Below, one piece after another: positions 19,351 to 27,703 of a DNA stretch of 64,000 nucleotides. The notes below the pieces were generated by a model. The model did not search any database, was not told where the DNA came from, and saw only the letters and a program-made list of their open reading frames with translations. How positions within the stretch are numbered: the first letter of the stretch is position 1; every line of letters begins with the position of its first letter. A program made the translations under genes and the position numbers. The stretch is taken from assembly GCA_043825875.1 (NCBI GenBank), contig JBDRRF010000116.1, positions 32,552 through 96,551 on the forward strand, given 5' to 3'. Origin of the DNA: Pseudomonadota bacterium (lineage in GTDB: Bacteria > Desulfobacterota > Desulfobacteria > Desulfobacterales > RPRI01).

Positions 19351-20689
19351 ATTTAGACATATATTTTCGTGTGAGATCTGCTACCACAGGCGCAAGAACT
19401 ATCAAAGCAATAAGATTAGGGATAGCCATCAGGCCGTTTAAGGCGTCACATAAATTTATCACATCATCAAGAGGGTTTAAAGCTCCGATAATTATAATAC
19501 CAACATAAATCCACTTATAAATGGGAACATAAGTTTTCCCGAATAAGTAATCGACAGCCCTGTCTCCATAATATGACCATCCGATTAAAGTCGTAAAAGC
19601 AAAAAGTATAACACTAAAAGATACTATATAACCAGCTCCCGGGATACCCTGATCAAAGGCAACGCTTGTCAATATTCCCTTAATATGCACTGTTTCATAG
19701 GTTCCCATGCAAACTACCACAAGACCGGTAATACTGCATACCATCAGTGTATCAATAAATGGCCCCAGCATAGCAACAAGACCTTCACGTACCGGCTCTT
19801 TTGTCTTGGCTGCACCGTGTGCAATCGGAGCACTTCCCAAACCGGCTTCATTTGAAAACAAGCCCCGCGCCACTCCGGAACGTATAACTCCGCCGAGCAA
19901 TCCACCCGAAACCGCTTCCGGCGCATGAAAAGCCTGGTAAAAAATCAGCTGGAATCCGGGAAGTACCAGATGTATATTTTTTATCAGAATTACTATTCCA
20001 GTACCTATGTAAACTGCACACATAAAGGGAACCAAAACACCTGCCACATGAGCAATACGCTTGATGCCTCCCAAAATCACACCGGCAACTATTGCAGCTG
20101 TCAGGGCACCGACTACAAGGCGCAATGCAAAACCAGGTGCTGCGACTTCTTTGAATAATAATGAATTGACGGCTGAAACCATGCTGTTTATCTGAAACAT
20201 GTTTCCGATACCAAAACTTGCAAGAGCGGTAAATACGGCAAAACACACAGCAAGCCATTTATATGAACTTCCCATGCCGATTTCGATAAAATGCATGGGC
20301 CCGCCATGAGCCTCACCATCCTTGTCTATTTTACGAAAATGCACAGCAAGCGTACAACTTGCAAATTTGGTTGCCATACCAACACATGCGGTAATCCACA
20401 TCCAGAACACGGCACCCGGCCCTCCGGTAAGAACGGCCACTGAAACGCCAATAATATTTCCGGTCCCGATTGTTGCCGATAAAGCTGTAAACAATGCACG
20501 AAAATGAGATATTTCTCCGGGATCATCCGGATTATCATATACCCCTCTTAGTACTTTAAGGCCTTCCCTGAATCCTGAAAACTGAATTCCTTTCAAGCGG
20601 ATTGTTAAAAATAATCCGGTTCCCACAAGAAGTATGATTAACGGAACACCCCATACAAAGCTGCTAAACTGTGATAGAAATTCAGTCAT
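19337..20689 (-). CDS. Alanine/glycine:cation symporter (AGCS family)
   Basis: LSATIGTGNI, GGPGAVFWMW, GGPMHFI, RGLFSNEAGLGSAPIAH, GLMAIPNLIAL. Confidence 0.95.
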   Translation of the reverse strand: MTEFLSQFSSFVWGVPLIILLVGTGLFLTIRLKGIQFSGFREGLKVLRGVYDNPDDPGEISHFRALFTALSATIGTGNIIGVSVAVLTGGPGAVFWMWITACVGMATKFASCTLAVHFRKIDKDGEAHGGPMHFIEIGMGSSYKWLAVCFAVFTALASFGIGNMFQINSMVSAVNSLLFKEVAAPGFALRLVVGALTAAIVAGVILGGIKRIAHVAGVLVPFMCAVYIGTGIVILIKNIHLVLPGFQLIFYQAFHAPEAVSGGLLGGVIRSGVARGLFSNEAGLGSAPIAHGAAKTKEPVREGLVAMLGPFIDTLMVCSITGLVVVCMGTYETVHIKGILTSVAFDQGIPGAGYIVSFSVILFAFTTLIGWSYYGDRAVDYLFGKTYVPIYKWIYVGIIIIGALNPLDDVINLCDALNGLMAIPNLIALIVLAPVVADLTRKYMSKFKRL

Positions 20690-20786
20690 ATTATATTTTC
20701 GCTCCTGATCTGCTCATACAACAAATTTTCATGGAAATATTATCTGTCATTTAAATTCATCAAAGATTACTGTAAATTCCTGTAGA

Positions 20787-21182
20787 TTATTTATTTGAGC
20801 ACTCTCTTTCTATCTGTTGTTCAATCTCATGCCTTCCCTGTTCCAATGTCTTTAGCTGTTCGAAGGCCTCTTCAAGCGCAACTCTTGCGTGGGCATCTCC
20901 TTTACTTTCTGCCGATTCCAGGCGCTGGATCTCGCTCTTCAGCGCATCTTGGTGGCTGACATTTTCATCGAAGTGCTGCTGAAGTTCCTGGCATATTGTA
21001 TTATTGCGCGGACCATTGTCACAGACTTTTTTGTACTCAATCAAGCCAAAGAATACAGAAACTTGCTCGCACGGTTGCGCATTTATATGTGCAATCCCCC
21101 ATACAAATCCAAATGCAAGGGCTGCAAACAGAAGTGACCATAAACCAAAACGCTTATATAGCTGATTCAGTAAATCCCACAT
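20787..21182 (-). CDS. Hypothetical protein (TM helix plus coiled coil)
   Basis: AAGGA RBS; hydrophobic N-terminal helix and heptad-rich C-terminus. Confidence 0.6.
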   Translation of the reverse strand: MWDLLNQLYKRFGLWSLLFAALAFGFVWGIAHINAQPCEQVSVFFGLIEYKKVCDNGPRNNTICQELQQHFDENVSHQDALKSEIQRLESAESKGDAHARVALEEAFEQLKTLEQGRHEIEQQIERECSNK

Positions 21183-21277
21183 ATTTCAATTCCTTTTAAG
21201 TAAAAATTTATAATATTTCGAACAATCTTTTTTACATGTTTAGATGATTAAATCAAACCTGGCTATCAGCTATTTGT

Positions 21278-21844
21278 TTATTTTATATCAGGCAGTATTA
21301 ATTTCGGGAAATACTTCATCTCCCTAAATAATTCTTTATCTTTTTTAAGGATAAACTTTTGAAGTTTTTGCTGTTCTTCTGTTATACGAACCGATGAAGA
21401 CCATTTCTCTTTTTTTACCACACCATTAAGCAATCCGTCATTTATAGCCTGCCCGACAACATCATTATCCATAAATGCGATACCAAACGATCTCTGGCTT
21501 ACGGTATATTTAACAAACATATATCCGCCACCATCGTCTTGTTCCGGGCGCACCCATTTAAGATTCAAATACTTGTTTTCTTCCAATAATGATGTGTGAC
21601 CGGTGAACTCTGAAACTTTTATGTTTCCGTCTTTGTTGAACTCCACCATTAAAAGCCGGAGCAACTTTGATTTCTCGTCAAGCCCAATATGTATGTAGCC
21701 GGACTCATTTCCTTCATTCCAGAACCATGTTCCGACAATTGATAAATCAATATCTTCTTTATTTGGGTCAGTGATAGGATTGTCCGAATAAGGAATGCAA
21801 CCAAACAAAAAGAATATTGAGAATGCTATCAAAAATTTGCGCAT
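21278..21844 (-). CDS. Hypothetical lipoprotein
   Basis: Start ATG 21844 after GGAGG: MRKFLIAFSIFFLFGC lipobox; D..IVGTW motif. Confidence 0.7.
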   Translation of the reverse strand: MRKFLIAFSIFFLFGCIPYSDNPITDPNKEDIDLSIVGTWFWNEGNESGYIHIGLDEKSKLLRLLMVEFNKDGNIKVSEFTGHTSLLEENKYLNLKWVRPEQDDGGGYMFVKYTVSQRSFGIAFMDNDVVGQAINDGLLNGVVKKEKWSSSVRITEEQQKLQKFILKKDKELFREMKYFPKLILPDIK

Positions 21845-21908
21845 AATGTTCCTCCCGATACGTTTTATATACCAAAAATCAAGTATCACATATTGCCGTT
21901 TTGCAGGT

Positions 21909-22394
21909 TTAATCTCCTTGTTTCATACTTTTAATCTTCTTATTATACAAATCTTTAATTAATTCTGTTCGTTTTTTATTAGCACCTAAATCACCATACC
22001 CGACTCTTGATGCTGAGCGAATGTGAATAGATTTTTGCGTAGAATCAATCCTGATTTCTAAATCATCTACAAACCCAAATATAGCTGAAGAAAATGTGGC
22101 GGCAAGATATGTGCCGGTTTCGGTTTGAATTATACCTCCCAATTCCTGAATGGTATCTTTTATGATTTTCATAGTTTCATCAGAACTTTTTTGACTGATT
22201 ATAATAGGATCAATATAATGGCCGGTATCATTTTTTTGCTCGCTGCACACGCAATTGGGCTTGGCAGGGCACTTCAAAAGTTCTCCTTCAAGCAGTCCGG
22301 CAGGTTTTCCTGACCTGGAAATATGGCCAAAAACTATAAGCAGGATAGTAATAGCAACAAATATGATTACAAAAACAATTATAATTTTTTTCAT
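21909..22394 (-). CDS. DUF1499 family protein
   Basis: CPAKPNCVCS, FGFVDDLEIRID, IRSASRVGYGDLGANKKR. Confidence 0.9.
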   Translation of the reverse strand: MKKIIIVFVIIFVAITILLIVFGHISRSGKPAGLLEGELLKCPAKPNCVCSEQKNDTGHYIDPIIISQKSSDETMKIIKDTIQELGGIIQTETGTYLAATFSSAIFGFVDDLEIRIDSTQKSIHIRSASRVGYGDLGANKKRTELIKDLYNKKIKSMKQGD

Positions 22395-22456
22395 ATGCTT
22401 TCTCCTTGCTCAGTCTATTAAAGCAACTGCCACAAATTTGTTTCGTTTTTGGCAAT

Positions 22457-23899
22457 TTACTTCCTCTGTGCAATTTCCTTTATGCCCGTAAGAGCCTTCA
22501 AGATATCATTCCAAAAAGGAGCTCCAAAAGTGACGAGTACTGCCGTCAATAAAAGGCCGCCGATTTTTTTCAGTATTAATCTCCAGTACTCCTTAGAAAT
22601 TTCTTTAGCAGCATCTTTGGCCTCGTCCTTTTTAGCATCCTTGGTAGCATTGATCGCTTTTTCCTTTTCGCTTAATGCTTTGAGTCTCTGCATATCTGAT
22701 GCCCAGCCCAGTGGAAGTTCAAGTTCGGTTAGTCCGGCCATATGTTTTTCTATTGCCACCCCCGGCAGCCGGATATTAAAATTAGCGATTTTAGCGTACT
22801 TCTCATCCAGTTCTTTCCTGATTTTATTCCTTTTTTCATCATCATTGCTGATAACGATTTTTTCAACCGAGTCTTTCAGTTGATTTATCTTATCAGCTTC
22901 ATCAATAGCGCCAACCATGCGATAATCACTTTCGAGTTTAGCAAGAAAGCTTTCCGAAAGGTTTTTAACATCCTGCAATTTATTTTCTTTTAATAACCCA
23001 TGAATCCTGTTTAAATCTTTTGGATCGGCAGTTTGCTTTACCACTTTTATATCTTTTACTTTTTCAGCAATTTTATCCTGTACCTTGGTATCCGAACGCA
23101 AGTACTTATAAATCGCTAACGAATCGGCATTAACACTAATGACAAAAATAAAACCGATGGCGACTGTCCATTTAAGCATATTTCGGCGGTACTCTTCATT
23201 TATCTGGCCTATCCATGAGTCCATATTCTGTTCCGCCTGAATCCGGTATTCAGAAATACTGTCTTCAAATGTTTTCATACTCTGATCTTCAACGGATTCT
23301 ATAGTTCTTAAAAGATTCTTGCACGCTGTCTGAAAGTCTAAAACAACCGCTTTTGAAAACTGCAAGAGGTGCTCGGCTTTTGCGTGTTGAATCTCAAATT
23401 CTTTAATTTCATCATAAAGTCTATTTATGTCTTGTTTTTTGAACACCTCCACATAAATATACATAAACTTAGGTAATGCAAGTCCCTTTGCCCGGCCTAT
23501 TGCTTCAAAAACCGGCTGGAGCTGGTATAAAATCAGACGTGGAGTATCAGCAGCGTTTGGATCAAGATCAACAATAATCCGAAGGCTTTTCTTGAGTGCT
23601 TTAAAGGTATTATCTGCGGTTATAAGTTTTTCTTTCAAACGGGCAAAACCCTTCTCAAACTCACCGTTAAAATTACCGCTCCAGATTCTTTTGATATACA
23701 TTTTAAAACGTGTCTTAAATGATATCTCACCTATTTGAAATTCGGTTTCTTTTGAATACAAATTAATGAAAAACCGCTCCCAAACACCAACTCGCAGTTT
23801 AAGAATGTTTTTTACCGCCTCCTGGGCTGACTGAACTATTATCGAGAAGAGAATCAGAATGCCTACAAAAGCAATTAGTGCCGATATGGTTTCATTCAT
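22457..23899 (-). CDS. Uncharacterised membrane protein with C-terminal GAPFW motif
   Basis: N-terminal TM (ALIAFVGILILFSIIVQSAQE), central TM ending ..NADSL, C-terminal GLLLTAVLVTFGAPFWNDIL; long helical inserts. Confidence 0.75.
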   Translation of the reverse strand: MNETISALIAFVGILILFSIIVQSAQEAVKNILKLRVGVWERFFINLYSKETEFQIGEISFKTRFKMYIKRIWSGNFNGEFEKGFARLKEKLITADNTFKALKKSLRIIVDLDPNAADTPRLILYQLQPVFEAIGRAKGLALPKFMYIYVEVFKKQDINRLYDEIKEFEIQHAKAEHLLQFSKAVVLDFQTACKNLLRTIESVEDQSMKTFEDSISEYRIQAEQNMDSWIGQINEEYRRNMLKWTVAIGFIFVISVNADSLAIYKYLRSDTKVQDKIAEKVKDIKVVKQTADPKDLNRIHGLLKENKLQDVKNLSESFLAKLESDYRMVGAIDEADKINQLKDSVEKIVISNDDEKRNKIRKELDEKYAKIANFNIRLPGVAIEKHMAGLTELELPLGWASDMQRLKALSEKEKAINATKDAKKDEAKDAAKEISKEYWRLILKKIGGLLLTAVLVTFGAPFWNDILKALTGIKEIAQRK

Positions 23900-23962
23900 T
23901 TTTCATCTCCTTGCACATTTCATCATCGTATGAATTGGAAATCATGGTTAGCTAAAACGCTA

Positions 23963-24787
23963 CTAGTTATTCGGACATGTTTGAGGCATTCCCAGCCTTT
24001 TACCCCAAAAGCCTGATATTGAATCTGCTCTGTCCGTTTGGACATTATTTAGAGCATCCCGGAATTCTTTCCAGGCTGGAATAGCATAAACGCACCATTG
24101 ATTGATTTCCACCCCTTTGTCAAAATCTGAAGGAATGATTTTATCTTTCGTGAAAGCTTTTGGCGTTCCTCTTAAATCAGCCCAGTTCTTCAGCACTGAC
24201 AGTCTTGCTATTACAAGATATAACCCGAGGCTGTCAGTACCGCGAATCTGGCTGTTGATATCTTCTATCGAAGAAAGCAAAAGTCTCTTTATGCCGTCAT
24301 AATCGTAATCTTTTGCCGCCATGTGTCCGTATGCCTGATCGTTTTTTATAAGACCGCTCAGTGCGTTCATCAGTGCGCGATCTCTGGGAAAGAGTTTAAT
24401 CTCTTTATCACTTTTGGCCATGGCAACAGTGTTTATTGCATCATCGTATTGTCCTATCCTCCACTGGGCAAGAGCCTTGAGCGTATATGCCGTGCCAAGA
24501 AGATTATCATTTCTAAGCGCCTGCTCCTTTTCATCTATAAGATTTGCAAGTAATTTTGATGAAAGATGGTATGAAGCATTTGCCTGGGTGCTGATCACAA
24601 GTGCATCACCCGATAAAGGGTCGATTTTCAACTGGTTTTCAAGCATTGCTGCGGAATTGAAATGATTTTGAGCTTCTCTTAGTTCTTTGATATGGGATAC
24701 ACAACCCGATACAACAGACAGTAGTGCAAGTACAAGAAAAACGCGGATAAATTTATTTATACTTAGCCTGTAAATAGCTGGTAACAT
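23963..24787 (-). CDS. Uncharacterised helical lipoprotein
   Basis: ATG 24787 after GGAGG; lipobox LSVVSGC; TPR-like segment AYTLKALAQWRIGQYDDA. Confidence 0.7.
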   Translation of the reverse strand: MLPAIYRLSINKFIRVFLVLALLSVVSGCVSHIKELREAQNHFNSAAMLENQLKIDPLSGDALVISTQANASYHLSSKLLANLIDEKEQALRNDNLLGTAYTLKALAQWRIGQYDDAINTVAMAKSDKEIKLFPRDRALMNALSGLIKNDQAYGHMAAKDYDYDGIKRLLLSSIEDINSQIRGTDSLGLYLVIARLSVLKNWADLRGTPKAFTKDKIIPSDFDKGVEINQWCVYAIPAWKEFRDALNNVQTDRADSISGFWGKRLGMPQTCPNN

Positions 24788-24800
24788 GGGCACCTCCTAT

Positions 24801-26591
24801 CTATACCATGCTTATATTTTCTATGGTTATCAGCAATGACTCTAATGAAAACTGTTTGCCTGCGGCAATAACCTGCACGGTTTCATTAAGGGCTTTTCTT
24901 ATTTTTAAAAGAATCTCCTCGGAAACACCGGTTTCTGATATTCCTGACAGTACAGTTGATACTATCTCAACAAAAATTTCAGTGCGGCCCAAAATCCACA
25001 GCACATCAGATTCGACATTAGCAGGCATGATCGTGTCAATGATCACTTCCAATACAGCCAGTATCGCCATTTGCTGCTTGCCGAAAAGGGGTATCTCATA
25101 TATCAAATCTCTCCTTAGTGCTACAGCCATAATTGTGGCTTCAATCACATTCTGTACCGCTTGAGAACTGATACGCCCGGCCGGAATGTTGCGTAATGCG
25201 GCAAGTGCGGCTTCTATGGCAGTTGCAAGTATGGAACTCTCTTTTCCTGCAACCTTGATAAGCCAGCCCGGATTTTCAACCACTTCATCTAACACTGCAT
25301 TGAGTAATTCAACAACCTGGCTTTTTGAAAGCCGAAGCGCCCATTCTCCTTCTTCAGGTGTTTTTGAAAGCTGATTGAGCAATTGACTTGATGCTGTGAT
25401 CAGTAAATGTTTTGCCGGATCATTTCTGAATTCCTCCGGCCAGAGAAACTCGGCATTGCCGGCAGTTTTTTCAAGAACTAATCTCATAACTTCCGGAATA
25501 ATATCAGGACCGAGAATCCTGGATGAGTCTGCAAGTTCAATGGCTATCTGGCTTAAGATATTTGTTAAGCCTTTGTGATCGATTCCTATCAATTCCGGAT
25601 TTTCAGAAACCGTTTTTAAAGCAGCTTTAACTATTGTATCAAGACCTTCCCGGCTGATGAGTTTTGATAGATCAACGGTATCTGAATCAATGATTACATC
25701 AAGTACTGATTTGCCCACGGAACCAACAAGCGCCTGATTTGCCGGGTCGTCAATCCCTAAATAAAAACCGGGACTGGCGTATATTACTTCACCGGCATTG
25801 GCAAGCACGCTGCGAAGCACAAGTTGAGCCCATTCCTGTATGTTTTCCCGCTGTTCAAGATCTTGGCCCCCAAGCTTTTCTATCCGCTCTTTGGCATCCT
25901 TAATAAGACCCGTTGCTATAGCCTCAACCAGCTTTTCAGTTTTCTTGTCCGCATTTAAAAGAGCCGGATTATCCCCTATGGTTTCAATTACTGCAATAAA
26001 TAAATCTCTTATAAGTACATCAACCTTCTCCTGGGCAAAATCGATATTATCGATCGATTTTAAAAATCCTTTCAACACTCTGCCTGTGGAAGATTTCTCA
26101 TCTAATGCTCCGGGCATATTGGCAAAGTAGTCGATGCCGATCTCTATCAGAGTGCCAACAATCCGCTGAAACGGAGACGGAAATGGACTCTTCCGGTTAG
26201 CCCATTGACGTACATTTACAATGGACAAAAGTGCTTCTTTGCTAAGACCGATATCAACTCCATCTACTTCACCGGCTCTGATATTGCCATCACGCTGGTA
26301 ATCAACAAAAAATGCCATGTACCTGCGTTTTTCATCCTTCGTCATCTCTCTTGTATGCTTCATTGAGATATCGTAAAGCTCTTTCAGATCCGGGTTTTCG
26401 TCTACATAGACCTGCCCCGCACCATGGAAATACCCGTCAGCCGTACCTATTGAAGGTTCAAAATTGAAGTTTGGCAGAGGCAACGTAAGGTCGCGCTCTA
26501 TTGTTGTTTCGATATAAATTCTCTTGCCCTGTTGCGCAAGCCTGATACCTGCCTTGATTCCGAATAGTATCAGCTCAGCCGTACCTGTCAT
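24801..26591 (-). CDS. Uncharacterised large alpha-helical protein (596 aa)
   Basis: Strong RBS AAGGAGGTG; amphipathic N-terminus; repeated 'V.ENP.L' helical units; no clear signal peptide or catalytic motif. Confidence 0.75.
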   Translation of the reverse strand: MTGTAELILFGIKAGIRLAQQGKRIYIETTIERDLTLPLPNFNFEPSIGTADGYFHGAGQVYVDENPDLKELYDISMKHTREMTKDEKRRYMAFFVDYQRDGNIRAGEVDGVDIGLSKEALLSIVNVRQWANRKSPFPSPFQRIVGTLIEIGIDYFANMPGALDEKSSTGRVLKGFLKSIDNIDFAQEKVDVLIRDLFIAVIETIGDNPALLNADKKTEKLVEAIATGLIKDAKERIEKLGGQDLEQRENIQEWAQLVLRSVLANAGEVIYASPGFYLGIDDPANQALVGSVGKSVLDVIIDSDTVDLSKLISREGLDTIVKAALKTVSENPELIGIDHKGLTNILSQIAIELADSSRILGPDIIPEVMRLVLEKTAGNAEFLWPEEFRNDPAKHLLITASSQLLNQLSKTPEEGEWALRLSKSQVVELLNAVLDEVVENPGWLIKVAGKESSILATAIEAALAALRNIPAGRISSQAVQNVIEATIMAVALRRDLIYEIPLFGKQQMAILAVLEVIIDTIMPANVESDVLWILGRTEIFVEIVSTVLSGISETGVSEEILLKIRKALNETVQVIAAGKQFSLESLLITIENISMV

Positions 26592-26668
26592 GTAGTCACC
26601 TCCTTTTATATCAAAAAACTCTGAAAAAGACCTTCCCCTTGCCTCCCAGCACAGCTATGAATATAAGA

Positions 26669-26747
26669 AACATAATGCAAAGCTCTATCCGCAAACTGGC
26701 CGTAGCACAGTAGGGGCAATTTCGTTGAAGGCAGTACCTGGTTAGCT
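26669..26747 (-). other. Degenerate attC-like palindrome
   Basis: Minus strand GCTAAC CAGGTACTGCC...AAATTGCC...GGCCAGTTT...GAGCTTTG CATTATG. It has the AAC...(G/A)TT imperfect hairpin layout of attC sites, with a mutated GTT. Confidence 0.35.
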
Positions 26748-26800
26748 TAATCTGATTGCAACTTTAGCTCAGACCTAAAAGCCACTAACCTTTGTATCAA

Positions 26801-26880
26801 GCTAACGAGGCTGTAGAAAAAGGAGTATCATTCAAAATGCCAGCGCAATTCACGGTACTGCTTGAGCGACTGGTTCACAG
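26801..26880 (-). other. attC-like left arm joined to an IS-end-like sequence and GTTAGC
   Basis: Minus strand GTGAACCAGTCGCTCAAGCAGTACCG...TTTTTCTACAGCCTC-GTTAGC. Confidence 0.3.
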
Positions 26881-26922
26881 CTGGAGTTTTGTTTGCGCAA
26901 TTTCAGATAAACGCATGTATCC

Positions 26923-27135
26923 TCAAAAAGGAATGTCTTCTTTATCTGAATCATCATCAAAATCAAATGGCATCATTTCATTTGCCAAATCAAAAAAGAC
27001 ACCCAAAGATTCGCATAAATTTTTCACAATTCGACTATGAACTTCTTTCTCATTAACATCCTTGGCTTTCGACATTGATTTTAATGCAGAAACTAATTCT
27101 TTTGACAAACCATCTATTATTTTTTCAGGATCCAT
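26923..27135 (-). CDS. Small acidic hypothetical protein
   Basis: AAGGAG RBS; 70 aa helical protein ending DDDSDKEDIPF, an SSB-like acidic tail. Confidence 0.7.
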   Translation of the reverse strand: MDPEKIIDGLSKELVSALKSMSKAKDVNEKEVHSRIVKNLCESLGVFFDLANEMMPFDFDDDSDKEDIPF

Positions 27136-27147
27136 TAATTCTCCTTT

Positions 27148-27280
27148 TCATTTTATTCTGTTAACTTGCTCGTTTAAACGTTTTGAAATTAGCTCTAAAG
27201 CTAGTAAATAATGGCCGAAAAATACTTTGAAAATGGGAAAAAATCAGATTAAATTCGGTTTGAATAAAGCATGTTATGGC
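27148..27280 (-). other. Degenerate attC-like inverted repeat
   Basis: Minus strand CCATAACATGCTTTATTCAAACCG ... CGTTTAAACGAGCAAGTTAAC; the arms are imperfectly complementary. Confidence 0.3.
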
Positions 27281-27703
27281 TTATATGTCAATATAAAGTC
27301 TCAGAATATTAACAGAATCTGAAATCTTATGTATCTGCAAAACTATCCGTGCCGACAGAACATAAACGCTAATTTCTACTGTTTTTTTTCTCAACAAATC
27401 ACTTAATAACAAGCAGGTACATTCTGACAATTATATTGACTTTATTGAATTTAATAATAGAATTTAAAATAATTATTTTAAAATAAAATCATTTGATTCA
27501 TAGATCCACTTAATATTTCATCAGACCCGGATATTAAACAGATAGATCTATTTCCGGAATATATATTATTTAAACGGTTTCATAAAAATGGCAATACGCC
27601 TATTACTCAACTTCCCGTGACCCCAAGGCATACTATTATACCTTATAGCTGTCTCTGAAAGACCAGTGGGCGCCTGAACGGATAATCAGGAGAAATTACA
27701 AGC

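Noticed and set aside
27640..27700. Possible c-di-GMP riboswitch before cheB/cheR (GAAA...GTGGGCGCCTGAA)
   Set aside because: Only a partial resemblance; the downstream conserved elements of class I or II are absent.
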